62,571 bases of DNA from Deltaproteobacteria bacterium (GCA_030638575.1 DAOWEJ010000002.1:1-62571); one strand, 5' to 3'. Counted from the stretch's first letter, positions 44,001 to 51,994 are shown. A program made the numbers and translations. Notes: a model not told the origin generated them from the sequence alone.

Positions 44001-44337
44001 GGTCCCAGCCTGGAAGAGTCGTCTGGGTTGGACCTAAATTTAAAAACATATTTATGGTGGTGCCGTCTATTGCTATGGCATGCCTGCCTGAAGTATTATC
44101 GTAGATAATGAAAGCCGGGTCGCTCCGCCTTGCAGCAATGTCCGTCAGTTCCATTAATTCACGCTGTATCCTGGCCATGGCAAGCTGGGCTTTCTGAGCC
44201 ATATGGGAATTTTCCTTTGCCAGCAGGTAACCTCTGGTGCCTGTAACTATTCCCATACCTGCAATGGCGGCCATCATTCCCACCAGCACAAGAGAAACGA
44301 TAATTTCAATTAATGTAAATCCGGATTCGTTGTTCAT
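41050..44337 (-). CDS. giant pilin-like ORF: PilW/GspJ-like minor pilin module joined to a PilX-N-type ~820-aa adhesin-like module (MshP/MshQ-position)
   Basis: True start is MNNESG|FTLIEIIVSL (prepilin cleavage/methylation motif). The 17 upstream codons in the track come from repeat B2. Residues ~18-190 end in ...VTFSTTVNPRN, like GspJ/PilW-type minor pilins. After a repeat-encoded linker comes RQNKGNVLIGLIVTMMIFAALGAGMV (PilX_N-like), then a long beta-rich region. That region includes a segment (ESLITPAMDLSDAPSAVLTFWHKINF) reminiscent of choice-of-anchor-J/MAM-like domains. There is no stop codon between the modules. Confidence 0.65.
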   Translation of the reverse strand: MNNESGFTLIEIIVSLVLVGMMAAIAGMGIVTGTRGYLLAKENSHMAQKAQLAMARIQRELMELTDIAARRSDPAFIIYDNTSGRHAIAIDGTTINMFLNLGPTQTTLPGWDQSDILVDNVHNFNLFYYEGSNPWGGVDINLLSAIRVDLVLGRSDGSGDTVTFSTTVNPRNTNNYGGAPPTTIPPTAYNYSCFVSTAAYNNASHPTVLLLSLLIFSFVFFFLPLRHKDGKDRKLEGLEVWKLKNLSASRPHSLQASKPPSFPASQPPSLPASLLRQNKGNVLIGLIVTMMIFAALGAGMVAMTGTSTSNQVTANTTSKAYYLAESGFRYAASVYLNTGDTDNDGEIEDDRNQALVDLHNTPTFTLSNPDEQFSLEVYPYYFVTTGSHVQGSTSLQITFAGNIPDDFSMPSTGRLRIGSGIYNYTGYSDLPGTFTLQAPGLLEAISDNMNVNPVGNPAGGIMRNGEDLTLADASFFPMITGKFTIDGIAYTYKTKTGNILENITDANNPNRVFSFSVDSNTNVVLRPYLKIHSTGTVGQDDLAASRQIFYNVPIPDSPTEAEKVEFHDQFDDKSHWEATSTWGDHTVQNVGGDSALMVTDTQSFPGGIEASLIGFEWSSTNVNLQYAQSVSGYFLSYDAQVKVGFEPTVPDDYAAGLSFRLDGNNNSYGVSFMRADDSGFGSAVDPDIVPKINVNEPLYDIPMIVLWQQINSGEDRQYLAYTFGTNEFSDDMENPLPPPGWTAEGTWARVQPGGPLPSGTWCWANDLFGAPGTVESLITPAMDLSDAPSAVLTFWHKINFNDPGDIGSVIVDGSTVESFSSSDPQDIWRQEAMIIPVGNIQVEFRIETDDGSVCDWHIDDVTIHRGFPVNESTLLVRIKEAAEVRFTSGGTTPVEDGDIITQANGAYGTVIGEPILSGGDWASGNAVGIITLNKVSETNFQSGQALDVAGKGTNLATCQGYTDRYNYIKVFYSDINGYGIPNTDPFDAERRENSRNTVHWPPDEIQDWSAERDYFTLVQWDGVNAVDLVESVDEPGVIVLGTESTLFTPVSGLPLIRPELGLHTFGSVINNAYFDDFGLQVEIAPGSGFLTPIQE
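43519..43641. repeat. repeat family H copy H2: degenerate 8-bp-periodic tract (GCTGGGAG x10) plus complementary arm (AGCTTCCA x4), inside the giant pilin ORF
   Basis: The plus strand reads gctgggag|gctgggag|gttgggag|gctgggaa|gctaggag|gcttggag|gcctggag|gctatgag|gtctggag|gctgatag, then ttttt, then agcttcca|aacttcca|agccttca|agcttcc. Confidence 0.85.
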
Positions 44338-44366
44338 TTTTATACTCCTGAACTTGGGTAGAAAGC

Positions 44367-44517
44367 GAGCGCTTCGCTTGAGGAGCACTACGTTTGAAGA
44401 GCGCTTCGCTTGATGATTAAGGTTTTAACTTTAAGGACGTTAGTCCGCTCTTCAAGTCACGAAGTGACGCTCCTCAAGTCCGCCGCAGGCGGGCGCTCCT
44501 TAAGGCCTTTGGCCGCT
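44367..44517. repeat. repeat family B copy B2
   Basis: Lies between minor pilin 44528 and the giant pilin start. It supplies the false MLLKRSARFLPKFRSIK extension. Confidence 0.75.
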
Positions 44518-44527
44518 CATCTCTATG

Positions 44528-44971
44528 CTACCTTGTAAAAAGCGCCGTTACGCTCTGATTACCATGTGTTATTATAACCTTTAAAATTCTCAGTTCTGTT
44601 GCGTCCGGAACTTCATCTCCACTAATGTTAAAAACAATATACTCCGTTGTACTTGTGTATTCCCCGAAGTATGGATATGGATCATTAGGAGGAGGAATCA
44701 TTCCGTTATCCACATCGTCTTTAAAGTCCGCAAGTGGATTGACTGTTGAAGTCAGCAGCAGCCTCTTATAATCGGAATTCATTTTTTCCATGATTTCGTT
44801 AACACCAAAGCCATTCTCGACCATGATGACAGGCTCAAAGCTGTTCTTCATGCTTGTACCCATAAACTGGACCAGGATGGCGCCCAGAACAGATCCGACG
44901 ATAAGAGTAATAACAACTTCTAATAAGGTGAACCCTTGATTTTTAGTAATTGGCCATGATTTTGTTTTCAT
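44528..44971 (-). CDS. minor pilin (prepilin-type N-terminal cleavage/methylation domain; PilV/MshD-like)
   Basis: KNQG|FTLLEVVITLIVGSVLG motif. A 4-nt ATGA overlap with the upstream gene. Confidence 0.7.
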   Translation of the reverse strand: MKTKSWPITKNQGFTLLEVVITLIVGSVLGAILVQFMGTSMKNSFEPVIMVENGFGVNEIMEKMNSDYKRLLLTSTVNPLADFKDDVDNGMIPPPNDPYPYFGEYTSTTEYIVFNISGDEVPDATELRILKVIITHGNQSVTALFTR

Positions 44972-45444
44972 TGGATAAACCCTGTATTTTTTGTGATAAT
45001 AATGCTTTCTGTATCTGTGCCTGAAGATAGGGTTAATGTCCTGTCCAGTGTTTGTTGTGTTCCTGAGTAGGCGAGATAAGGAATTCCTTCGGAGTCAAAG
45101 GAAACAATATTACCATCTTCCATGGAAAGAGAAAGTCCTATCGCTGAAAGGTCTATATGATTGGCGCTTTCACCGGGAAAGTTGACCCGGACATCACCAG
45201 AAGTTACATTATATCTGAAAAGCCAGTAAATATTACCATCGGTCTCGATTCCGTAATTTGAAGTTGAATTCATTGCCCTTGACTGGGCATAACGCAGTTG
45301 AACTTTAAGGACTTCTTTTTGAGCAATCAGTTCGGGCTCGTTGTCCGTTGCACGACCAATGACAAAGGCGCTGATTATACCCATGACAACCATTATTGCT
45401 ATTAATTCTATTGCTGTGAAACCTGATTTATTTTTTATATTCAT
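44968..45444 (-). CDS. minor pilin (FimT/GspH/MshC-like)
   Basis: NKSG|FTAIELIAIMVVMGII motif. AAGGA lies upstream of the ATG. Confidence 0.7.
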   Translation of the reverse strand: MNIKNKSGFTAIELIAIMVVMGIISAFVIGRATDNEPELIAQKEVLKVQLRYAQSRAMNSTSNYGIETDGNIYWLFRYNVTSGDVRVNFPGESANHIDLSAIGLSLSMEDGNIVSFDSEGIPYLAYSGTQQTLDRTLTLSSGTDTESIIITKNTGFIQ

Positions 45445-45722
45445 TTCTGTTCCTTAGCCTTATTTTATTTGTCACCGCCCGGCTTGTCCCGTTTTAACGG
45501 GGCTTCGCTCAAGACGCTGAGAACGCAGAGTTAGAAGTTTTTTCCTTTGCCGTTGAGAGGACGGCAAAGGAAAATCAATCAGCATTTATATTGTTAAAAC
45601 TAAATGTTTTCACATCAAATTATTCTTTTTCCCGCAGGGATGAATCCTTTTTGTTTTCCGCCCTCTCAGCGGAAAACAAAAAAAAATCAATTCTCTGCGA
45701 TCTCTGCGGCTCTGCGGTGAAT

Positions 45723-46340
45723 TTAAAAACTTTCCATAAAGAGCCTTGCTTTATATTTATGGACAATTACTGCCAGAAAGAATCCCAGAAGCACAGCTCC
45801 TGCTGTAAGACACAGCATGCCGGCTGTGGTAAAAGGGTTTCCGGGGGCCATTTGAATTCCTATAGAGTTAAATACGGAAAAACCTATGTATATAATTGTC
45901 CATGAATAGGCCATCTTTATGGCAAATATGCTTCTTTTGCGCAAAATAATGCCTAAGGAGATAAAAACAAAGGCTGAACCAAAAGCGATTTGAGGCTGTA
46001 GCATAAACCACCCGGAAACAGGAATATTGTTGCCGATTGTCTTTAATCCAAGAGACAGGACAATACCCATTATAAAATAAAAAAAACCTGCCATTAGAAA
46101 GCAAAAAGCACATTCCTCTTCGGTTTCAACTTCTATCCATGCCTTAAAATTGTGGTTTTTAAAGGCCTGGGAAAAGAAATTCAGGAGTTTAGACCCGGCG
46201 GTGTATGGACCTGGCGGAAGGTTTTTCATAACTTCTTTGGTAAAGCCTTCAGGAGGTGAAACCGCTGCTGTGTTTTGAGCAAGATAGATTATACGCTCAA
46301 ATTTTTTCATATTTTCAAATTGTTCATGAGGATCTGTCAT
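45723..46340 (-). CDS. 4-TM membrane protein downstream of the ECF sigma (putative anti-sigma factor)
   Basis: The cytoplasmic N-terminal ~60 aa are followed by four hydrophobic helices. Its position directly downstream of an ECF sigma gene suggests a function. No zinc-binding anti-sigma (HxxxCxxC) motif was seen. Confidence 0.4.
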   Translation of the reverse strand: MTDPHEQFENMKKFERIIYLAQNTAAVSPPEGFTKEVMKNLPPGPYTAGSKLLNFFSQAFKNHNFKAWIEVETEEECAFCFLMAGFFYFIMGIVLSLGLKTIGNNIPVSGWFMLQPQIAFGSAFVFISLGIILRKRSIFAIKMAYSWTIIYIGFSVFNSIGIQMAPGNPFTTAGMLCLTAGAVLLGFFLAVIVHKYKARLFMESF

Positions 46341-46349
46341 TTTGTTTGC

Positions 46350-46462
46350 CTTCTTTTTCCTACTTCTTCCTTCTTCGCCTGCGGCTACGCAGGACAGGCC
46401 CTTTCCTTGCCATGCATAGCCGAAGGCGAAGCCTGGTGCCTTTCACTTCCCTTCTGCCTTTC
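46350..46462. repeat. repeat family E copy E2 (intergenic, between the ECF sigma and the membrane protein)
   Basis: Hairpin cttcgcct-gcggctacgca...tgcatagccg-aaggcgaag. Confidence 0.75.
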
Positions 46463-46997
46463 TTTTCATCAAAATTTCCAGTTTTTCCAACCCGCGATAA
46501 ACTCTCATTTTTGCAGCACTCAAGGAGATGCATAATATCCGGGAAATTTCTTCAAAGGGTAAATAATGATAATACCTTAAAATCACAGCTTCCTTAAGAG
46601 AAATGGGCAGCTTTTGAATGCTGCATGCAAGTTCCTGCGCTTCCTCCTGTTTAATAACATCTGTCTCGGGATTATTCTTATCTATTTGCCGGTTGTCAAT
46701 TTTGAGGTCTTGAATATTTTCAACAAGCAAAGGTTTTTTCTTTTTAAGATGATTTCTGGTTAAGTTTATGGCGATTGTATATAGCCAGGGGAAAAATTCC
46801 TTTTTTATATTAAAATTATCTAAAGCTTTATAAGCTCTGATAAAAGTTTCTTGAGCGAGATCCTGTGCATCATGACGACTGCCGGTTAACCGGTATACAA
46901 GATTGTAAACAGGCCCTTTGTATTTATCTACAAAAAATGCAAAATCTTCGCGATTCCCATTTAAAATATGCTGAATGATCTCATTTTCATGCTTCAT
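46443..46997 (-). CDS. ECF-type RNA polymerase sigma-70 family factor
   Basis: Region 2 (FFVDKYKGPVYNLVYRLTG...DAQDLAQETFIRAY...FFPWLYTIAINLTRN) and region 4 (ILRYYHYLPFEEISRILCISLSAAKMRVYRGL). Start set at the internal MKHENEII. The track start at 47030 adds 11 aa. Confidence 0.8.
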   Translation of the reverse strand: MKHENEIIQHILNGNREDFAFFVDKYKGPVYNLVYRLTGSRHDAQDLAQETFIRAYKALDNFNIKKEFFPWLYTIAINLTRNHLKKKKPLLVENIQDLKIDNRQIDKNNPETDVIKQEEAQELACSIQKLPISLKEAVILRYYHYLPFEEISRILCISLSAAKMRVYRGLEKLEILMKRKAEGK

Positions 46998-47051
46998 ATT
47001 TATATACAATTTAATGAACGAATAAGTCACAAAAAAAAGATGATTAGATTA

Positions 47052-47152
47052 TTTGTAAGCGTTCACGGAACGTTGAAATTAGAAAATAGAAATTGGAAAT
47101 TTGGCCTTCTCCCGAATTTCTACTTTCCAATTTCAAGTTTCTAGCCGTGAAC
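47052..47152. repeat. repeat family J copy J1: 100-bp palindrome (gcgttcacgg...gaaattagaaaatagaaattggaaatttggcc | ...ccgtgaacggc)
   Basis: The left and right arms are reverse complements. Lies upstream of the ECF sigma gene. Confidence 0.75.
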
Positions 47153-47243
47153 GGCTACGATTATTTAAATAGCATGCTGTTTACTTCAAATGTCAAGAAA
47201 AACCTCGATTTGTGCTTTTTTAGGTGAGAAAATTAAAAAACCA

Positions 47244-47318
47244 ATCACGAAAACACGAAAGAGTGAAAGCACGAAATAAAAATCTTTTCGTGTTTTCGTA
47301 CTTTCGCGTTTTCGTGAT
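47244..47318. repeat. repeat family C copy C2
   Basis: Same architecture: atcacgaaaacacgaaagagtgaaagcacgaaa...ttcgtgttttcgtactttcgcgttttcgtgat. Confidence 0.8.
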
Positions 47319-47357
47319 AGAAATATTTATCGGTTTTGGTTTGTTGCGATAAAAACT

Positions 47358-47516
47358 GAGACCTTTGAAAAATGTTCAATTTTGGCATAGTTCAAGGCGG
47401 ACGAAATTTTTAACTGGAGGAATACATTGAGTATTTTGAGGATTAAAAATCGAGTTCAACGCAGAAATCTGCCAGATAAGCGCAGACTTCGAAAGGGGAC
47501 GTTTTGCAAAGGTCTC
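47358..47516 (+). repeat. repeat family A copy A2
   Basis: Near-identical to A1 except the central segment. An AT-rich ggaatacattgagtatttt replaces the ccgcctgaggcgg hairpin. Confidence 0.85.
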
Positions 47517-47606
47517 AAACTGATGAAGCAATTAGGATAGTGAAAAAAGGAAGAAGTCCTGAAGGAAAATCCCGGGGAAATTTCTTCAGAACTTATTTGT
47601 TTATTA

Positions 47607-47999
47607 TTATGGCGACCATCTGCCCGACATTGTATCTGTAGAAAGTGTTCGGGTTAAAGCAATTGATCGTGATTTGAAACTGAGTGTTCCACCATTAGCA
47701 CCAGGGCCGACTGTCCAGGAATATTCAGATCCAAGGTCTGTATTTATAGACATCACTGCCCATACAGCAGCATCTCCGCCTGAAATCCATCCGCCAGTAG
47801 CAAATTTTGCATTTGTCCAGATCATAGTTTCCCTTACATTGAGTTCCCCGATGCCGGTTCCCAGGGCGCGATCTTCCGCAGACCCACTGATAGTATTTAT
47901 CTTATGGATTGCAATAGATCCCATAACGCCCATAATAACCAGAACGGCCATGATCTCAATTAACGTAAAACCTTGCTTATTTTTTATAAACGAATTCAT
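47607..47999 (-). CDS. type IVa pilin paralog 1 (MshA-position)
   Basis: Leader MNSFIKNKQG|FTLIEIMAVLVIMG. Shares GI[GS]ELN[GV]RE, YSWTVGP and LTRT...G[RK]WS blocks with paralogs 2 and 3. No cysteines. Confidence 0.8.
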   Translation of the reverse strand: MNSFIKNKQGFTLIEIMAVLVIMGVMGSIAIHKINTISGSAEDRALGTGIGELNVRETMIWTNAKFATGGWISGGDAAVWAVMSINTDLGSEYSWTVGPGANGGTLSFKSRSIALTRTLSTDTMSGRWSP

Positions 48000-48023
48000 T
48001 TTACAATCTTTTTTATGTCTGAA

Positions 48024-48392
48024 TTATTTTGACCATTTTCCAGCTACAGATATGCTGGATGCCGTTCTGGTTAAAGCGATTTCGGTTTCAGACTGAAATC
48101 TAATCGTTCCTCCGTTTTCAGTCGGTCCGACAGTCCAGGGGTAATCAGGGCCAAGATATGTGTCCATAGCAGAAAAAACCGCATTATCGTTCTGCCATCC
48201 TGCTGAAGACACCTTTATGCTCGCCCAGGCTAAGCTTTCTCTTCCATTAAGTTCGGATATACCTGAATCAATGACTCGATTTCTTGCAGCAGCATCAAGA
48301 TCAATGAATTTGGATATAACCATCGAAGCTACAATACTTAATATCAATAAAACAGCAATTATCTCAATTAAAGTAAAGCCCTTTTGCTTTAT
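48024..48392 (-). CDS. type IVa pilin paralog 2, no canonical start codon (ATA at the expected Met position; possible pseudogene)
   Basis: Own translation upstream of the track ORF gives ...TGA AAG GAA AAA AAT ATA CCG TTT CAT AAT ACA TTA AAT ACA AAT ACT CTT TTC ATA AAG CAA AAG GGC|TTT ACT TTA ATT GAG, i.e. (I)KQKG|FTLIEIIAVLLILSIVASMV. No ATG/GTG/TTG lies between the upstream in-frame TGA and the G|F cleavage site. Confidence 0.55.
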   Translation of the reverse strand: MKQKGFTLIEIIAVLLILSIVASMVISKFIDLDAAARNRVIDSGISELNGRESLAWASIKVSSAGWQNDNAVFSAMDTYLGPDYPWTVGPTENGGTIRFQSETEIALTRTASSISVAGKWSK

Positions 48393-48492
48393 GAAAAGAG
48401 TATTTGTATTTAATGTATTATGAAACGGTATATTTTTTTCCTTTCAGTGGTTTATGATAATGATTCGTGACTCCCAATTTTCAAGCTTAATA

Positions 48493-48906
48493 TTATGGGG
48501 CGACCCAGTTTCCCGGAGTATTTTCATCAGAAGCTGTTCGGGTCAGTGCGAGACCATCGCCTAAGGCTGGTACGCCTGTTATTTGGAAGCAAAGCTCTCC
48601 TCCACCAGCACCAGGAGCGCCTCCCACCCAAGAGTAATCATTTCCAAGATCTGTGTTTAACAAAGCGAACAGGGTTGGATCATCTGTATATCCACCAGCG
48701 GATATTTTTTCATTCGCCCACTGAAGGTTTTCCCTTCCATTGAGTTCGGATATTCCTGCATCGATTGCCCTAACCCTGGCATTTGCTTCAAGATTAATAT
48801 ACCGAGGAACAGCAACAGCGGCCAAAATACCAAGGATGATCAGGACAGCAATGATCTCAACCAAAGTAAAACCCTCTTGATTTTTTAAAAGTCTTTTTTT
48901 GTTCAT
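48493..48906 (-). CDS. type IVa pilin paralog 3, likely major pilin (MshA-like)
   Basis: Leader MNKKRLLKNQEG|FTLVEIIAVLIILGILAAVAVPRY. AGGAG lies 7 nt upstream of ATG 48906 and a sigma-54 promoter lies ~150 nt upstream. The track ORF start at 48957 adds 17 spurious aa. Confidence 0.85.
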   Translation of the reverse strand: MNKKRLLKNQEGFTLVEIIAVLIILGILAAVAVPRYINLEANARVRAIDAGISELNGRENLQWANEKISAGGYTDDPTLFALLNTDLGNDYSWVGGAPGAGGGELCFQITGVPALGDGLALTRTASDENTPGNWVAP

Positions 48907-49057
48907 GATAAAATTCTCCTTTCCCCCATTAAGTTTGAAATTTATAGTTAAAACCATGAAAGAGGATTTTACGTACTATTTAATATCCGATAAACCATAA
49001 ACGTACTTTAACGAATGCGCATTGAGGACCTCTTTTTTGTTTTGTGGAAATATATAA

Positions 49058-49073
49058 TGCACAATTTGTGCCA
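49058..49073 (-). promoter_or_regulatory. sigma-54 (-24/-12) promoter upstream of pilin paralog 3
   Basis: The minus strand reads TGGCACaaattgTGCA. GG and GC are exactly 12 nt apart, as in the consensus TGGCAC-N5-TTGCW. It sits between the bEBP gene and the pilin gene. Confidence 0.55.
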
Positions 49074-49215
49074 AAATACGACCAAAACAGTAAATTTACG
49101 ATCAAATAAAATAATATACAGTATATTCAAGAAGATGTAAAATTTTAAAAAAATCGACTCAACTTTTGATTTACCTGATGGGCATATTTAATCTACAAAA
49201 AACGTAGCCCGTATG

Positions 49216-50577
49216 TCAAATATTGTTATTTTTGATGCTTTTTACGTTAATATTATGTTTTTTAACCCTGTGCCACAGGCTTCTTTGATTTATGCCGAGT
49301 AGCTCTACAGCTCTGATCTGAACACCGCCCGTTTTTCTTAATGCCTCGATGATCATCATCTTTTCGATTTCACCAAGTTTCTGATCTAATGGAGCATTGG
49401 CAGGCAAGTGTGGAAGGTTTTCACCATTGGCGGCAAATGCTCCGGTTGTGGATGGCGGAAGGTGCTCGGGCTCAATAAATTCGCCATCACAAATTACTGA
49501 GGCGCGTTCAATGGTATTCTGGAGTTCTCTAATATTTCCAGGCCAGGAATATGCCATAAGCATTTGCAGGGCTGTTGATGAAATTTCAACAGGCTTTGAG
49601 GGTTTTTCAAGAAAATGATCAACTAAAAGGGGGATATCTTCCTTTCGTTCCCTTAAAGGGGGCATGTGGAGTGAAAAAACATTTAGCCGATAAAACAGAT
49701 CTTCCCTGAATTTTCCTTCTTTCACCATTTGATCAAGATTCTGATTGGTGGATGCAATAAAACGAACATCTACTTTGATTGTACTGGTACCGCCAACACG
49801 GTAAAATTCCCTTTCCTGGATAATACGAAGGATCTTGGCCTGAAGGCTAAAGGGCATATCACCGATTTCATCGAGAAAAATTGTTCCGTCGTTTGCCATG
49901 TCGAATTTGCCGCGTTTAAAAGATGTTGCTCCTGTAAAAGCACCTTTTTCATGGCCGAAAAGCTCACTTTCTAAAAGTTCCTCGGGAATGGCCGCACAGT
50001 TTAGCTTAATAAAAGGTTTGTCCTTACGAAGGCTTTGCTCATGGATACTTGTTGCTACAAGTTCCTTTCCTGTCCCACTTTCACCAAGAATAAGGACTGT
50101 AGAATCGGTAGGTGCTACCTTCATAATCAAACTCAAAAGACTACGCATGGCGAGGCTTTCTCCGATAATTTTCGGGAAAAAATGCCTTGCATCCATCCTG
50201 CTGAGTACGCTGGTAACCTGATTAAAAACGTTTGTATATTGCTCAATCTGGTCGAGAGATCGATTTTTATTTATTTTATTATCAGTACTTGAAATGGGTG
50301 GTAGTTTTTTGGCTTTTTCAACAAACTGTTCTATCGGTTTCAGCATTATACGAACAAGAGCAAATCCAGCGATAGATGCAAAAAAGCCGATTAAAGCAGT
50401 AGCCAGGAAAACAGGGCGCCTAAAGTGTATACCATAAACAAGATCGTATCTTGTCAGGCTGTAGGAGACAATAGCTGCCAGAATTGTAAAACCTGCATAT
50501 ATAAAAGGGATGATAATATATAAGCTGATGTGGTATCTTGGATGTTTTTGAAGCTTTATGATAAATTTTGGAATCAT
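49216..50577 (-). CDS. sigma-54-dependent transcriptional activator (bEBP) with a two-TM N-terminal module instead of a receiver domain
   Basis: AAA+ sigma-54 interaction domain ([23 protein letters not shown]) and a C-terminal Fis-type HTH ([17 protein letters not shown]). The N-terminal 130 aa contain two hydrophobic helices. No REC, PAS or GAF pattern. Confidence 0.85.
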   Translation of the reverse strand: MIPKFIIKLQKHPRYHISLYIIIPFIYAGFTILAAIVSYSLTRYDLVYGIHFRRPVFLATALIGFFASIAGFALVRIMLKPIEQFVEKAKKLPPISSTDNKINKNRSLDQIEQYTNVFNQVTSVLSRMDARHFFPKIIGESLAMRSLLSLIMKVAPTDSTVLILGESGTGKELVATSIHEQSLRKDKPFIKLNCAAIPEELLESELFGHEKGAFTGATSFKRGKFDMANDGTIFLDEIGDMPFSLQAKILRIIQEREFYRVGGTSTIKVDVRFIASTNQNLDQMVKEGKFREDLFYRLNVFSLHMPPLRERKEDIPLLVDHFLEKPSKPVEISSTALQMLMAYSWPGNIRELQNTIERASVICDGEFIEPEHLPPSTTGAFAANGENLPHLPANAPLDQKLGEIEKMMIIEALRKTGGVQIRAVELLGINQRSLWHRVKKHNINVKSIKNNNI

Positions 50578-50773
50578 AAATTTAATTGTAACTGCTGAGG
50601 TTCAGGGGTTCACGGTTCAGCGGTTCAGGGTTTTCTATATCGTACACCTTTGGTGTTTCAATTATATTATCTAATGGAGCGAAGCGATATTCTTATTCGA
50701 CGTTCAATGTTGAGCGTTCGATGTTCATTTTTATTTCTGCCTTCAGCCTTTGTGCCTTCTGCCTTTCTTTTGC

Positions 50774-51994
50774 TTATTTAACCATCGTTGTAAGATCCCA
50801 CATGGGCAGGAAGATGGCCAGGGCAAAAAAACCAATAACTGCGGCCAGACCGACAGTAAGCATGGGTCCAATGGCTTCTGAGAGTTTGTTCATGGAATAT
50901 TCGACTTCTGTATCGTAATGCCCGGCGACCTCTTGAAGCATATCATGAAGGTTCCCTGTTTCTTCGCCGATGGCAATCATATTAATGAGCATAGGTGTAA
51001 AATATTTGGATAATTTTAAAGGTCCGGCAATACCTCTTCCTTCTTCCAGATGGTTTTTGATACCTTCAAGTTCGTGAGAGATAGCGGCATTGCCGATAGT
51101 GCCGGATAAAATATCCATGGATTTGAGGATATCGACTCCGCTTGAATGGAGTATTGCAAATATGCTGGCAAATCTGGAAATGGCGGCCTTAAGCAGTAAA
51201 GGACCGAGGATCGGTAAATTCAATAGCAAAGTATCCCGCAGGAACTGTCCCTGCTTTGTCCTTAAGAAAAAAACAAGTGCCATAATTAAGATAAATACGC
51301 CACCGATAATAATAAACCAGTAATTTGCTATAAACTGGTATAGAGCCATGCATATCTTTGTAGGCAAGGGGAGTTTTAATCCTGCATTAGAAAAAATCGA
51401 AACAAATTTAGGGATAACAAAAGTCAAAAGGACTATAAAAGCAATAGCTAAAAAGGAGACAACAACCATTGGATATTGCATGGCGGATTTAATATCAGAT
51501 TTTACTTTATGCTCATGGTCCATTATATATGTCAGCCGGTCGAGTATTTCAGGGAGTGCTCCACTGGCTTCTCCGGCTTCTACCATGCTGCAATACAGCA
51601 GGGAAAATGTTTTTGGGTGTTTTTTAAATGCTTCATGAAGGCTCAACCCTTCATTAACATCCTTTTGCATTTTACGCAGAATTGTTTTAAGTTTCAAATT
51701 TTCGGTCTGTTGTTCCAGAACCTCCAATATTTGCATCATAGAAACGCCGGCACGAATCATAGTGCGAAACTGCTTGGTAAAAAGGATAAGATCAGGTGCT
51801 TTAATCGGAGTTAATTGCTCCTGTATAGAGCTCCATGTAACACCCGCCTGGCCGCCTGCCTCTTCTTTTACATTGGTGGGCATTAACCCCTGTGAAGAAA
51901 GAGAATTGCCGGCAGATTCGATTGAATCCGCTTCAATCGAGCCAGTTGTAATTTTTCCGTCTTCTCTTATGGCTTCATACGAAAATCTCGGCAT
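50774..51994 (-). CDS. mshG: type IV pilus/T2SS platform protein (GspF/PilC/MshG family)
   Basis: A duplicated T2SS-F domain with 3 TM segments, 406 aa, directly downstream of the assembly ATPase. Confidence 0.9.
   Translation of the reverse strand: MPRFSYEAIREDGKITTGSIEADSIESAGNSLSSQGLMPTNVKEEAGGQAGVTWSSIQEQLTPIKAPDLILFTKQFRTMIRAGVSMMQILEVLEQQTENLKLKTILRKMQKDVNEGLSLHEAFKKHPKTFSLLYCSMVEAGEASGALPEILDRLTYIMDHEHKVKSDIKSAMQYPMVVVSFLAIAFIVLLTFVIPKFVSIFSNAGLKLPLPTKICMALYQFIANYWFIIIGGVFILIMALVFFLRTKQGQFLRDTLLLNLPILGPLLLKAAISRFASIFAILHSSGVDILKSMDILSGTIGNAAISHELEGIKNHLEEGRGIAGPLKLSKYFTPMLINMIAIGEETGNLHDMLQEVAGHYDTEVEYSMNKLSEAIGPMLTVGLAAVIGFFALAIFLPMWDLTTMVK

Noticed and set aside
46998-47152. Possible ECF-type autoregulatory promoter (GTGAAC...TCATC) upstream of the sigma gene
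   Set aside because: The GTGAAC word belongs to palindrome J1 and recurs in the other arm. The spacing and -10 match are poor, and the ECF group is unknown.
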